Part shown: one piece after another, positions 9,629-19,402 of the stretch | Position numbering within the stretch: the stretch's first letter is position 1 | Layout: each line of letters begins with the position of its first letter | IMG/VR virus record: IMGVR_UViG_3300037222_000084 | Location: 22,894 to 86,893 of that record | From: a virus | Length of the DNA stretch: 64,000 nt | Direction: 5' to 3' (one strand) | The notes under the pieces: model-generated | Seen by the model: only the letters and a program-made list of their open reading frames with translations | What the model was told of the DNA's origin: nothing | Databases searched by the model: none | Made by a program: the position numbers and the translations under genes

Positions 9629-10129
9629 CTACGGCAGGCTGTTGCCTGGATCGCTGTCGTTGTTGTCTTCGTTGTAAGCAATCGTACCAATGTACGTGAT
9701 GTTCACTTTGGAAGTAGCTTTAGCGTTGTAGTTCGTGTTATTCGAGGTTGGAACACAACCCAAAATAGTCTCTAAAATTTCGCCAGTCTGACGGTCCACG
9801 ACGGTGATCGTGAAAGGGTCAAAGAGCAAAAGATCGCTGACTAATGGGAAGGCAGGCAAGGTGTGAACACCAGAGCCTACGACTCGAAAACCGGAACAGG
9901 TCACGTTGACAGCTTCACTCGAAGTTACTGCGATCTCGTCTGGGCTATAACGACCCAAGAGGAAGATGGGCTCAGTTCCTAAAGAACTAGCTACAGTACA
10001 GCTTTCGAAAATGCCGACTAGATGATTGTTCACGTATACTTTGGCCCGTGCTCCAGTTACGACTTTACCGCCTTTTGTAGCGGTATAGCCTTTCTGAAGT
10101 GGATTCGGGCTAGATGGATTTCCTGGCAT
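9629..10129 (-). CDS. tail tube protein
   Basis: Follows the sheath; VVTGARAKVY..LVG..EPIFLLG pattern, 166 aa. Confidence 0.8.
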   Translation of the reverse strand: MPGNPSSPNPLQKGYTATKGGKVVTGARAKVYVNNHLVGIFESCTVASSLGTEPIFLLGRYSPDEIAVTSSEAVNVTCSGFRVVGSGVHTLPAFPLVSDLLLFDPFTITVVDRQTGEILETILGCVPTSNNTNYNAKATSKVNITYIGTIAYNEDNNDSDPGNSLP

Positions 10130-10154
10130 AATATCTCCTTAATTACCTAAAAGA

Positions 10155-12314
10155 TTAGCTTGCTGCCGATTGTTGAACTTGCGAGATGTTAATGCTGATC
10201 GGGATGAAGTAGATCGCAGTTGCAAGTTTGATTTCGACACTAACATCCATTTCTGGTGCCAGAATGGTGATTTTACCGTTCTTCCAGCCAAGTGGAGCGT
10301 CATCGCTAGCTGCGATAAGCTTCAGTTTCTTGTAACCTTCCATCTTTTGAGCCAAGTAGCTCAAACCAGTCGCAGCGTCTACATCAGCCAAAGACTGACC
10401 GACGAAAGCGGCTTGGAAGCTTGCAGCAAGGTCAAGAGCCAGAATGTCCGAGCAGTAAACCGCTTGGATGCTGTTGTACACGAAATTGGTGTCAAAACCG
10501 TAAGTAGTTTGATCGCTAACCCACAGACTTCCTGCGGTCGAAGCGGTCAAGATCAACATACCAGAAGACAGCGCGTCTTCAACGTCACCAGGACTTCCCG
10601 AATCAAATCCGGTAGGATCTGTGTAGGAAATAATGTTAGCCAACTTGTTACAGATAGACTTATAGAATCCACCGGCTTGCATACCAGCTGCGATTGTAGC
10701 CGTATACCAGGGTTGGAACTTAGTGATAACACCAACCGAGTTGACTTCTGTCGATCCTTGGAAAGCCAAGGAACAACGATAGCTGGCGAGACCCAGAGCC
10801 GCAGCTTTGCAATTCGCATACGTGTCTTGCATAGACAATACGCAGATGCGGTTGCGTTTGAGCTTAACAGTGCTGTACGCGATGCAATGGTTCTTGACCA
10901 ATGCGTTGGTAGCTGCGATAGTGTAGGTAGAGCCAGGATCGGTCAAACCAGCAGTAATGTCCTTCGATGCATCTTGCGAGAACAAAGGAACGATGATGTT
11001 TACTTGAACACCTGCAACTTGTTGCAGAGCATTCACGATGTCGATGGCCAGAGTTGGTCCTCTTGCTCCGCCAGACAGGAATGCCTGACCAGCCATAGGA
11101 AGTGGCAGACCTGCTGCGACAGCAGCGTTGAAAGCTAATGCAGACGAAGTGCCCAAAACTGATTGAAAAGTGTTAGCAGCATCTTTGATGCGTCCAGGCA
11201 TTGCGCTTGCAGCAGTAGAAGCGATACCTACAGCGGTAACGGCATCCAGTGCAGCGGTAGACTGTTGTTGAGCAGAAGGCGCTGCCTGAGCAGTGTAGCC
11301 TGGCTGAGCATTCAGATAAGCGGCCAAAATACCGATGGTAGCATAGTGAGTAAGATCTACACTCAACGCTGCACCGATTCCACCAGCGACAGTTGTCGTC
11401 AGCATACCAGTAGTCTGGTTGATTGTAATAGTTGCAGTCGTACCCTGATACCCAATATTGAGAGCGATATCTGGAACAACGTTAAGAGTCTCGTTTACGC
11501 CAGCAGAAGGATTGTTGATCTGGACTTCAACCTGTGCTTCATCAGAAGAAGCAGTCAGAGCAGCAACCAAACCAAGAGCGGCCAAGTCACCAGGAGTAGA
11601 GTCGATCAATTCTAATGCTTGTCCGTAACCATTGGCAAATGGAGTAGCGTCAACCACAGTCAACTGAATGCTAGTCGTTGGAGCAGCTGGATTAGCAGAT
11701 GCTACGATAGTTGCCGGTAACAGGCCGTTAAGCTCAGCTACAAGGTGAGGAACAGTGTCGTGCTGTGTAGGAGTCGCGCTAAGAGTGATAACCGTAGCAG
11801 CACCGCCGTTTAAGCGGAAGCTGAAAGACTGACCATTGAGCGGAGCGCCGAATGCAGGAATTGGAGAACCAAGAACGTTGGGAGCAACTTCTGCTTGAAG
11901 AGTGCTGATTTGATAAGAATAACCGTTTCCAGCAACTCCAGAATTCTGGAATACCAAACTACCGTATCCACCAGCGATAGCAGCAGATGCCTGAGCGCTC
12001 GTGTTAGTTTTAACGATATAGATAAGATTTGCAGATCCTTTGATGTTTGTATCGTTAGAAGGAGCGGTCAGCGCGTCGAAAGCATCTACGATTGGTCCAC
12101 TCGTATAGATGTTTTGAACCTTGGCCAGTTGATCTGGAGTAAAAGTGTTGTTTTTCAACGCGACTTGCTGATAGCTAGGACCGCCATCGGCTTCACCCAT
12201 GATTACGATAATGCCGGATTGACCTAAACCTACGGGTTGCGATTGCACCGTGATGTTAGGATATGCTCCAGGAATATTTGTATTTAATAAACTTGTAACT
12301 ACTCGTAGAGACAT
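10155..12314 (-). CDS. contractile tail sheath protein
   Basis: IPGAY...IIVIMGEADGGP N-terminus, LSGG, C-terminal AIYFIPISI. Confidence 0.9.
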   Translation of the reverse strand: MSLRVVTSLLNTNIPGAYPNITVQSQPVGLGQSGIIVIMGEADGGPSYQQVALKNNTFTPDQLAKVQNIYTSGPIVDAFDALTAPSNDTNIKGSANLIYIVKTNTSAQASAAIAGGYGSLVFQNSGVAGNGYSYQISTLQAEVAPNVLGSPIPAFGAPLNGQSFSFRLNGGAATVITLSATPTQHDTVPHLVAELNGLLPATIVASANPAAPTTSIQLTVVDATPFANGYGQALELIDSTPGDLAALGLVAALTASSDEAQVEVQINNPSAGVNETLNVVPDIALNIGYQGTTATITINQTTGMLTTTVAGGIGAALSVDLTHYATIGILAAYLNAQPGYTAQAAPSAQQQSTAALDAVTAVGIASTAASAMPGRIKDAANTFQSVLGTSSALAFNAAVAAGLPLPMAGQAFLSGGARGPTLAIDIVNALQQVAGVQVNIIVPLFSQDASKDITAGLTDPGSTYTIAATNALVKNHCIAYSTVKLKRNRICVLSMQDTYANCKAAALGLASYRCSLAFQGSTEVNSVGVITKFQPWYTATIAAGMQAGGFYKSICNKLANIISYTDPTGFDSGSPGDVEDALSSGMLILTASTAGSLWVSDQTTYGFDTNFVYNSIQAVYCSDILALDLAASFQAAFVGQSLADVDAATGLSYLAQKMEGYKKLKLIAASDDAPLGWKNGKITILAPEMDVSVEIKLATAIYFIPISINISQVQQSAAS

Positions 12315-12326
12315 TTTTTGCTCTCC

Positions 12327-12629
12327 TTAATTCTTAATTTTTTTCAGTCCGAAGTGAGCAACCCCAGCTTCGAATTTTGAGGGTTCGTCCATTTTTGAAG
12401 ATTTCAGGTGTAACCACACGATTTCCTCTAATTCTTTGGTCTTGCCATATTTACGCTTAGCCTGTGTCCAGAAAATCCTGAACTGCTCACGTTTTTGTTG
12501 TTCTGTCAACACGGCTTCCTGTGGAACATATAAAGATGCACGCCAAGCCTTTGCTTCTTCTAGCGTCATTTCCTGTTTATTTTCCATAGGTTGTACCTTC
12601 TTCTCTTTCGCCATATTAGCTAAGTGCAA
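12327..12629 (-). CDS. hypothetical virion-module protein
   Basis: Coupled ORF (start may be 12614). Confidence 0.6.
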   Translation of the reverse strand: MHLANMAKEKKVQPMENKQEMTLEEAKAWRASLYVPQEAVLTEQQKREQFRIFWTQAKRKYGKTKELEEIVWLHLKSSKMDEPSKFEAGVAHFGLKKIKN

Positions 12630-13407
12630 TGCCCTTTTTTACAGGAGCAACAGCGGGTGCAGGTGCAGCTACTGTTTTTGGTTGACCCATAGCCGTTCCA
12701 ATGTTGGAGTTTGGCTGTTTCAGTTTCTTTTTAGCGCTCGTGTGGCCAATAAAATGAGCCAATTTAATGTGGCCCTTTACTTGCGGACTGGTTCCCCAAT
12801 CTGCGTTGTTACCTTCAGCTTGCTCATGAGGGTTGTTCTCGGGAGCAGGAGTAGCATTAGCGGCTTCAGGATGTGTACTAGCCGGTTTCATTGCAGATTC
12901 CTCTTTAGGAGGGTTCGAATGATCTGGCTTTCCTACTGGCGGAGCATTCTTTGTCAAATCTGCTTCGGCAATAGCTTTAAACAATTCTTCAGTTTTTTCA
13001 AGTTTGAAATACTGAACATTGTGCATACCAGAGGCGAATTCGCCAGTTTTTCGTAACAATTGATATCCAAATTCTTCTTCAGACTTATCCATTTTTTGGC
13101 TTTTCCCAGCAACTTTTTGTTTAGCGTCTTTACCGGATGTACTAAAATTATCTGGTTCATCTGGTGCTGCGCCACCGCCGCCACCGCCTGAACCTTCACC
13201 GCTTCCGCCTTCGCCTTCTGCTCCATCTGCTCCTGGGGTTGCTTCTGCTTCAGGATCTACTTCCGCATCTTCAGGTTTAGCTTTGGCCTTTAAAGATGGA
13301 ATAACAGCGGCCTTTGCCAAGCTATGCGCCTTAAGCAATTCTTCAGTCTTGGCTAAAACTGCCAAAGCTGCTTCTTTTGCGCTGTAAAATTTCTTGCTTT
13401 CGGCCAT
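12616..13407 (-). CDS. low-complexity putative internal head protein
   Basis: Many [LM]xK[STA]E-type motifs, late motif upstream. Confidence 0.6.
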   Translation of the reverse strand: MAESKKFYSAKEAALAVLAKTEELLKAHSLAKAAVIPSLKAKAKPEDAEVDPEAEATPGADGAEGEGGSGEGSGGGGGGAAPDEPDNFSTSGKDAKQKVAGKSQKMDKSEEEFGYQLLRKTGEFASGMHNVQYFKLEKTEELFKAIAEADLTKNAPPVGKPDHSNPPKEESAMKPASTHPEAANATPAPENNPHEQAEGNNADWGTSPQVKGHIKLAHFIGHTSAKKKLKQPNSNIGTAMGQPKTVAAPAPAVAPVKKGIALS

Positions 13408-13535
13408 GGTTTCCCTCTTGTACCTATCTAAGATTGTCTGGCTATCATACTCATCAGATAAGTAGTTGATTTCATTGAGTTTATTTTTTAAAGCCTGCTA
13501 AAGTATTGATTTCCATGTCTTATAATAAGATTGTC

Positions 13536-14540
13536 TTAGTCTTCACTGTTCTCGTCTATGGTGGTCCAGGTCTCTTCTGTGGCGTCTATAATAGGCGGCG
13601 TGTCAAGATTGCTTAAGATCTTGATTCCACTAGTGATTTCGCAACAATCGACACCCTTGATTATGGACGATTCGATGAATCTGCGTGGTAGCTTGATCCA
13701 GCTATTTTCTACTTGACCTGACAAAACGATCATTCTAAGATATGACAGTTCGCCACCGTCCCCACCTATATAATTGGGGTCCATCAGGATCTCGCCGCTA
13801 CTGATAGAGCTTTGGGCAAATCCGTTACCCTCAAGGAGACTTTCGCGGTATCTGAGGATTGCATACATTACAATGGAGTGCAGCCAAATCAAAGTCTGTA
13901 CGTCACCATGGGTTTGGCAGGTTATCGTGTATGAGTCCTGAAAGAAAGCATGCTCAACTCTAGCCTCGTAGAAAGGAAACTGAGGTATTACGGCAAGTTC
14001 GGTCGCATCGACGCCCAATCCTGGCTCGATAAAAAACATACCAGCAGATACGGCCAAAATAGGGTATCCATTGCCGTTTGCAGGATTTACAAGTACCATT
14101 CCAGGAGTAACCACTTCAAAACCAGCAGTGTTAGGGTCTATGCCGATTTCACCGGACGCTTGATCGTAGCTAGTAGGAACGAAAGGTTTTACTACGAAAG
14201 CAATCGGTTTGCCAATTTCCAAAGGCAAGAGCATTTTCTTGACCGTAGATAGGTCGGCCATGTGCTTCATCTCTGGTATCTCTGGGGTAGGCCCAGGAGT
14301 AATAGTTACACAAGGCAACTCATCTTTGTCGTTGCGAGGACGCATGTAGACGTTGATGTTGTTGTTCATGAACCATTCTTTAGCAGCATCTATTTGTTTT
14401 TGGCCGTACTTGTCGGAAATGTAAGGAATGGCCTTGAGGCTATCAAAGACGTGATCTAACAACCATGCGTTTTTGCGCATCTCATCCAGGCCTAGATCGA
14501 CCATAGTTTTTATAATTACGTCACCTTGAAAGATGCCCAT
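13536..14540 (-). CDS. tail completion/terminator-like protein
   Basis: Position upstream of the sheath; PR..DELPCVTI motif. Confidence 0.55.
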   Translation of the reverse strand: MGIFQGDVIIKTMVDLGLDEMRKNAWLLDHVFDSLKAIPYISDKYGQKQIDAAKEWFMNNNINVYMRPRNDKDELPCVTITPGPTPEIPEMKHMADLSTVKKMLLPLEIGKPIAFVVKPFVPTSYDQASGEIGIDPNTAGFEVVTPGMVLVNPANGNGYPILAVSAGMFFIEPGLGVDATELAVIPQFPFYEARVEHAFFQDSYTITCQTHGDVQTLIWLHSIVMYAILRYRESLLEGNGFAQSSISSGEILMDPNYIGGDGGELSYLRMIVLSGQVENSWIKLPRRFIESSIIKGVDCCEITSGIKILSNLDTPPIIDATEETWTTIDENSED

Positions 14541-15337
14541 TATTTACCGTTCCATTTGTCTACGATGCCAGGGAGGATTTTCTCTTCCCATTGGCGTATC
14601 GCTTCTTCCATGGCTTTATCCATGTATTTTTTAGCTTTCAGGCCAGGGTGTAGCCATTTGCCATCACTTGCAGGACCAGCAGAAACTGTGCGAAACGTAA
14701 GAATGTCTCTTCGAACGTTTCCAGTATTCTTGTCGATCTGCTGATAAATAGACAGCCCTTGTAGCCGTGGCGTGTTACCTTTGCCAGGTATTTTCATGCC
14801 AATGTTGCCACCCATAGTTCCGTCTTTTCTTTGATCTCTGAGGTTAACTCCCCATTTTAGATCGTGCAGTTTGCCAAGCTTAGGACTACCATCTTGATTA
14901 TATTCAATATTCTTATATGGAATTTTTTCACTTTTCAGTTTTCTTTTAATAGCATCAACCAAAAGCATCGTAGACGGTTGCGTTTGGGTTGGTTTTGTAT
15001 CATACTTGAAAGGTATAACCCTGTGGGTTTTGCCTTGCAGTAAATCTGGCTTCATATCGTGGGCAGTGAGTCCTTCTTCTATCCACATAGCTTTCTCATC
15101 AAGGGTAATTACGTACAGGCCTGGAGCAGAATCGTCTACGTCAGACAATGCTTCCATGTAGATATGCTGAGTCGAATTAAGTTTGTCGTCTCCACGCTGA
15201 GCTTCCATGGCAATCTGAGCACGAGTCAAAGTAGCAAGCTCGCGCATGGCACTATTTATGTCTGCCTCTACTTCTTTGGCAAACTCTTGAAATTGCGCTG
15301 CTATAGCATCAGCGTTTGCGCTAAGCTTTAGGCTCAC
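14540..15337 (-). CDS. neck/tail-completion protein (HK97 gp10-like)
   Basis: A.WIEEG..AHDMKP.LL; TFRTVS...WLHPG motifs. Confidence 0.6.
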   Translation of the reverse strand: MSLKLSANADAIAAQFQEFAKEVEADINSAMRELATLTRAQIAMEAQRGDDKLNSTQHIYMEALSDVDDSAPGLYVITLDEKAMWIEEGLTAHDMKPDLLQGKTHRVIPFKYDTKPTQTQPSTMLLVDAIKRKLKSEKIPYKNIEYNQDGSPKLGKLHDLKWGVNLRDQRKDGTMGGNIGMKIPGKGNTPRLQGLSIYQQIDKNTGNVRRDILTFRTVSAGPASDGKWLHPGLKAKKYMDKAMEEAIRQWEEKILPGIVDKWNGK

Positions 15338-15575
15338 GAGGCACCTTCTGAGGGTTTTCTTCTTTAATTGGCAATGGCTTCACTGGTACTCCAGTAGGAC
15401 TTTGCACCTTGCCGTCGCGCATAGTGATCCACCGAGTTTTCTTAGTAATCGGATCAATCACTTTCTTTTGACCTTTTTCATTAACAGCACCTTCCATGTA
15501 CGGCGTTCGCGCTACGTGTTGTGTTGTTTGAGAGGTCGGCAGTTTTCCAATGGGTTGCCCTATCGCCCCTGAAGC
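15321..15575 (-). CDS. -1 frame extension of the mCpol protein (or a separate ORF from ATG 15497)
   Basis: Open -1 frame from slippery C CCA AAG to TAG 15321 fills an otherwise empty gap. Confidence 0.55.
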   Translation of the reverse strand, partial: ASGAIGQPIGKLPTSQTTQHVARTPYMEGAVNEKGQKKVIDPITKKTRWITMRDGKVQSPTGVPVKPLPIKEENPQKVPREPKA

Positions 15576-17557
15576 TTTGGGTCGGCACCACTATCTGGAT
15601 GGGCAGGATACAAATTGTTGTAGTCTGGATTTCCTCCAGCTGCTTCAGTCTGAGCTTGCGGATCGTTGGTTTGATCTTCTGGCATTCCACCAGCAGGTTG
15701 TCCTTCTAGGACGCCTTCTTCAGGAGATAAAATGTTTGGAGATTCTTCTACTACGCCAGACGGCTGAGCAGCTTGGTCTTGGTCTAACCCAAGAAGCTTG
15801 GCCATTTCTATCATCGCTTTAAGCATAGCGATAGAAGACGCGTATAATTGAGGTGCTTCTAATTTAGCACGCTCAAGTATCATCTTACAGCCTTTGAATC
15901 CTTCCAAAGCTTCGCCAACCATAGCAACAACTTTTTCTCGTTTGATGCTGTCGGCATGACTGTCCAACCCTTGTTGCAGCACAGACGTAACATCTGGAGC
16001 ACCATCTGGTTGTTCGCCAAGTCCCATATCAGTGGGAGTATTCTGGCTATAGCTTTCTGGACGGCTAACGTTGCCTTCCATGTTAGTACCGCCAGGCAGG
16101 TCTGCGTCGTCAGCTTGACCTTCAGCGCGTAATGGAACTTGGTCAGCTCCAAGTGCGTCGATTTCATTTGTAATGCTTTCTATAGAATCGCTATTTTCTG
16201 GAGTACTGGTAGTTCCAACAGGAGGAGCAAACGGTTCTTGATATTCTTGAGCAGCAGGCCCGCCTTGTGAGTTTTCAAGAATGATGTTCTGATTGGATTT
16301 TGAATCAGTAGGTGCGGCCAATTTCGAGGGTTGCGAAGAAATAGCGGCAGGCTTGTCCATTCCTGGACGAGCAAGATCCTGACCGGCATAGTTCTGGCTA
16401 TCTTGAGTGGTAGGCAGTAATTCAGTAGAGGGATCGTTTGGACTTATGTTTTGATCGTCTCCGCCCATAGACTGAGCAGCTACTTGACAATAAGGACAAT
16501 CCTGTTCGTGACCTTCAGCATTAGGATCATGCGAGCCCATTTCCTGGCAATAAGGACAATCGTCAGTGTGACCTTCAGCATTAGGATCGTGATTCATTAC
16601 TGCGCAATAAGGACAATCATCGGCATGTCCTTCGGCATTAGGATCGTGCATTTGTACACAATAAGGACAGCTTTCGTCTTGAATGCCCTGAGCACTCAAT
16701 TCTTGACAATAAGGACAGTCGTGCTGTTCAGGAGCGGGCGCGGCCTCAACGGTAACATCTTCGTCTTTAGTTAGATTCGGTTTTTGTTGTTTCAGAGCGT
16801 GCATGGTATCATGATGGCGAGACATAGCCGTAGCTTTGTCACCAGCACGGGCATTTAGCCCAGCAGATGAAGCGCCAAGCAATTTTTTACTATGAGTAGA
16901 TTGATCTTTGTGATGATCGCTAGTAAAACCGGATAAACTGTCGTGCGTGCCCTTAGCTCTTGTTCCTGGAACCTTTTCGCCAGGTTTATCCATGTGCTGC
17001 GGCATCTTATGTTGATCTGGTCTAGGAGATGCCTTAGCCAGTTCGTCTTTAGTGATTGATTTGTCTTTGCCGTCCATAACCGTATCCTGTCCTTCAGGCC
17101 GCAAATAAGCGTCACCCTGTTTCTTTTCTTGTTCAGAAGCTGTCCCGTCTTCTAGTTTCAATTGAACTTGCTGAATTTCCTGTTCAATCCTGGGATCGTA
17201 GATGACTACTTGGTTCTTACCTCTGAATTTTGCCACTATTAGAGACTTGCCTGCCTCAGATAAAGTTTTACCTATACCTACAGACATAGTAAGCCTAGTA
17301 GCAAAATGATAATCCGTTCTCAACTGTTCAATATGATCTAGCGCTTCATGAGGTAAATGGAAGGTCCCTTCGTCACCGCCGCCAGATATAATTCCGCCGT
17401 TGTGCTCCTGAGCCCATTTTTTGACTATCTCGTGGCCAAGATTTATTCTTTCAGAGACTTCGCTCAGGGCAGCTGGATCATTGGACAATATAGCACGACC
17501 AACAAGCCTTCCAGCATTGTCACCGTCGTATGCTAATATCCACTGAAAATTATCCAC
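15560..17557 (-). CDS. mCpol (minimal CRISPR polymerase) domain protein with CPYC repeats and acidic tail
   Basis: N-terminal ~120 aa: AYDGDNAG, IISGGGDEG, TMSVGIG.TL.EA..L..AK..GKN. Confidence 0.8.
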   Translation of the reverse strand: MDNFQWILAYDGDNAGRLVGRAILSNDPAALSEVSERINLGHEIVKKWAQEHNGGIISGGGDEGTFHLPHEALDHIEQLRTDYHFATRLTMSVGIGKTLSEAGKSLIVAKFRGKNQVVIYDPRIEQEIQQVQLKLEDGTASEQEKKQGDAYLRPEGQDTVMDGKDKSITKDELAKASPRPDQHKMPQHMDKPGEKVPGTRAKGTHDSLSGFTSDHHKDQSTHSKKLLGASSAGLNARAGDKATAMSRHHDTMHALKQQKPNLTKDEDVTVEAAPAPEQHDCPYCQELSAQGIQDESCPYCVQMHDPNAEGHADDCPYCAVMNHDPNAEGHTDDCPYCQEMGSHDPNAEGHEQDCPYCQVAAQSMGGDDQNISPNDPSTELLPTTQDSQNYAGQDLARPGMDKPAAISSQPSKLAAPTDSKSNQNIILENSQGGPAAQEYQEPFAPPVGTTSTPENSDSIESITNEIDALGADQVPLRAEGQADDADLPGGTNMEGNVSRPESYSQNTPTDMGLGEQPDGAPDVTSVLQQGLDSHADSIKREKVVAMVGEALEGFKGCKMILERAKLEAPQLYASSIAMLKAMIEMAKLLGLDQDQAAQPSGVVEESPNILSPEEGVLEGQPAGGMPEDQTNDPQAQTEAAGGNPDYNNLYPAHPDSGADPKLQGR
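16483..16722 (-). repeat. five CPYC motifs including three HDPNAEGHxxDCPYC units
   Basis: Visible in protein and DNA (caataaggaca x5; cattaggatc x3). Confidence 0.9.
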
Positions 17558-17870
17558 GCTTCCCTCTGAGTACTTCTAACAACATCTCAATATTTTCTGG
17601 GTCCCAGCCTTTACCGAATCGAACCTTCACGCCATCTTCTGATTTTGTAAGGTATACTTTACTATTCATATCGCTGCCCATACAAACACAACCAGAGTAT
17701 GCTTCATTTTTGAAGATACTTTGACCACAGTCTGGACACGACACTTGGTCGTTCTTAGAAAGAGATACCTGATACTCTTTCTTATGTAACTTATGCTTTC
17801 TACCTTCCAAAAATTCATTAAGAGGTGAACTCTTTTTGGATTTATCTGGACGGTCTAATGCAGACGACAT
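17550..17870 (-). CDS. small Zn-ribbon protein
   Basis: CPDC...CVC; LTKSE motif. Confidence 0.65.
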   Translation of the reverse strand: MSSALDRPDKSKKSSPLNEFLEGRKHKLHKKEYQVSLSKNDQVSCPDCGQSIFKNEAYSGCVCMGSDMNSKVYLTKSEDGVKVRFGKGWDPENIEMLLEVLRGKRG

Positions 17871-17883
17871 CTGAACGCTCCGA

Positions 17884-18390
17884 TTAAGTATTAGGCTCGT
17901 TTACAGGAGCGCCCCAAGGAGCGGTTGTTTGCTGCGGATTTTGCGAGTTGTTATGCGGTTGAGCTTGAATGAATGTGGGATCGTCAATGATAAACACAAG
18001 CAAGGTAGCAGCAGTCGATGCAACCCAGTTCCATTGAGCAGCAGCAAGATATGTCCAAGCATTTGGCTGACATGGAACGCCAACGAAAACGTTGGTTCCA
18101 GAAACCTGCACAGCACCAGGAGCTTGAGGCGTCATAGTGTTATCTCCAACAGTCACAGCGCCAACGGCACCGGCATTGTTGTAAATAGCAAGGTTGAGGC
18201 CTGCACTTGGCAATATACGAGGAGTCGAAGCGTCGGTTGTAAAACCAGCAGCACCGTTTCCGAGCGGAATCAACGCACGTCCTACTTCTGAGGATTTTCG
18301 TGATCCAGCCTTTTCACTCCAGCTTAGAAGCTCAATAGCCGAAGGATCGCGGGATTGGTCGCCTGGTATTTGTCTGTTCTTAATTTGCAT
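17884..18390 (-). CDS. virion structural protein
   Basis: Beta-rich, late motif upstream, SD GGAG. Confidence 0.6.
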   Translation of the reverse strand: MQIKNRQIPGDQSRDPSAIELLSWSEKAGSRKSSEVGRALIPLGNGAAGFTTDASTPRILPSAGLNLAIYNNAGAVGAVTVGDNTMTPQAPGAVQVSGTNVFVGVPCQPNAWTYLAAAQWNWVASTAATLLVFIIDDPTFIQAQPHNNSQNPQQTTAPWGAPVNEPNT

Positions 18391-18436
18391 AACTACTCCG
18401 TTTCATTGTATTTCTTAAAGATTGTTTTGGTGTTGA

Positions 18437-19402
18437 TTATTCGTCATCTTTGCCATATCCGTCGCCATATGCGTCCATTTCGACCTTGACCCCGTATTTA
18501 TTGGGATTTTGGGCTTCAATGGGAGCTGCATCTTTGCGTTTAGGATCTACTGGCCTGTTTTGATTCAATGCGTCACCACGGTTTTGGTTGTGATACATGT
18601 ACTCGCGCTGGGCTATAGCGTGGTAGGGCATACGTTGAGGGGTTCGCCCATTACCATCGGTGACGTTTGTAACCCGTACTTCTTTCAATAAAATTGTGAT
18701 GTACCAATAAGCATTATAGAGGTATCTTACTGAATATACTCGACCTTTTCCAGTATCTGGATCAATACCAGGATTTCTACCACCGTCTACCCAACGAATA
18801 TTGCCGTCTTTTGTTATGCTATAGTCTACGCCTTGCATGTATTCGAAGCCACGGCTGTCGATCAGCGGTACTTCCATTTCTTCAATTTTGAACATGGGGA
18901 CATTGTCTTGTCCAGCGATGTAGTTCATTTTCTGAGGATTTGACACTTTCACGTCAACGGTTGGGTCTGAAACGTAAATTCTATCGCCAGGTGACAGGTA
19001 AATGCGCTTGCCGTCAGCGAGGCCTAAGTTATTGTAAAAACGAGGCATTACGAGCTTGCTCTCAGACGGATCTAAGATGCTACCACTAGCCCTATTTCTA
19101 GTTCGTGTGTTGTCAGTCATGGTAGCCGTAAAGCGACCAGCCAAAGTGTAAATATTGCCGTTTGACGTAATCGTGTCTACACCGTCACTTCTGCGGTAGT
19201 CACCACGGTCCTTTTGGCCAATAGGACTAGGCATGCCCTTATAGTGAAAGAATTCGACGCCCAAACCGACCACAAAGTCTTCCAATCTATCAAGGTCGAA
19301 AGACTCTTGAATATAGGGAGCAAAGGCTGGAATGGTATCCACCTGTATGTCGCCACTAGGGTCTAGTGGTTTATTTGGACTGTCAGATCCGCTATCGGAC
19401 AT
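18437..19402 (-). CDS. head-closure/neck protein
   Basis: G.DY.I...GNI.W...P....G.VYSVRY motif typical of large-myovirus neck proteins. Confidence 0.55.
   Translation of the reverse strand: MSDSGSDSPNKPLDPSGDIQVDTIPAFAPYIQESFDLDRLEDFVVGLGVEFFHYKGMPSPIGQKDRGDYRRSDGVDTITSNGNIYTLAGRFTATMTDNTRTRNRASGSILDPSESKLVMPRFYNNLGLADGKRIYLSPGDRIYVSDPTVDVKVSNPQKMNYIAGQDNVPMFKIEEMEVPLIDSRGFEYMQGVDYSITKDGNIRWVDGGRNPGIDPDTGKGRVYSVRYLYNAYWYITILLKEVRVTNVTDGNGRTPQRMPYHAIAQREYMYHNQNRGDALNQNRPVDPKRKDAAPIEAQNPNKYGVKVEMDAYGDGYGKDDE

Noticed and set aside
10170-11138. 322-aa plus-strand ORF and other antisense ORFs in the track (e.g. 12436-13056, 61926-62549)
   Set aside because: Shadows of strongly biased genes on the opposite strand; no recognisable motifs
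16483-16722. Glutaredoxin domains
   Set aside because: CPYC spacing of about 16-20 aa cannot accommodate thioredoxin folds
15560-17557. Type III CRISPR-Cas (Cas10) or a complete Panoptes locus
   Set aside because: Only the ~120-aa mCpol domain is present; no HD domain, RAMP genes, array or adjacent 2TM-beta/CARF effector is visible
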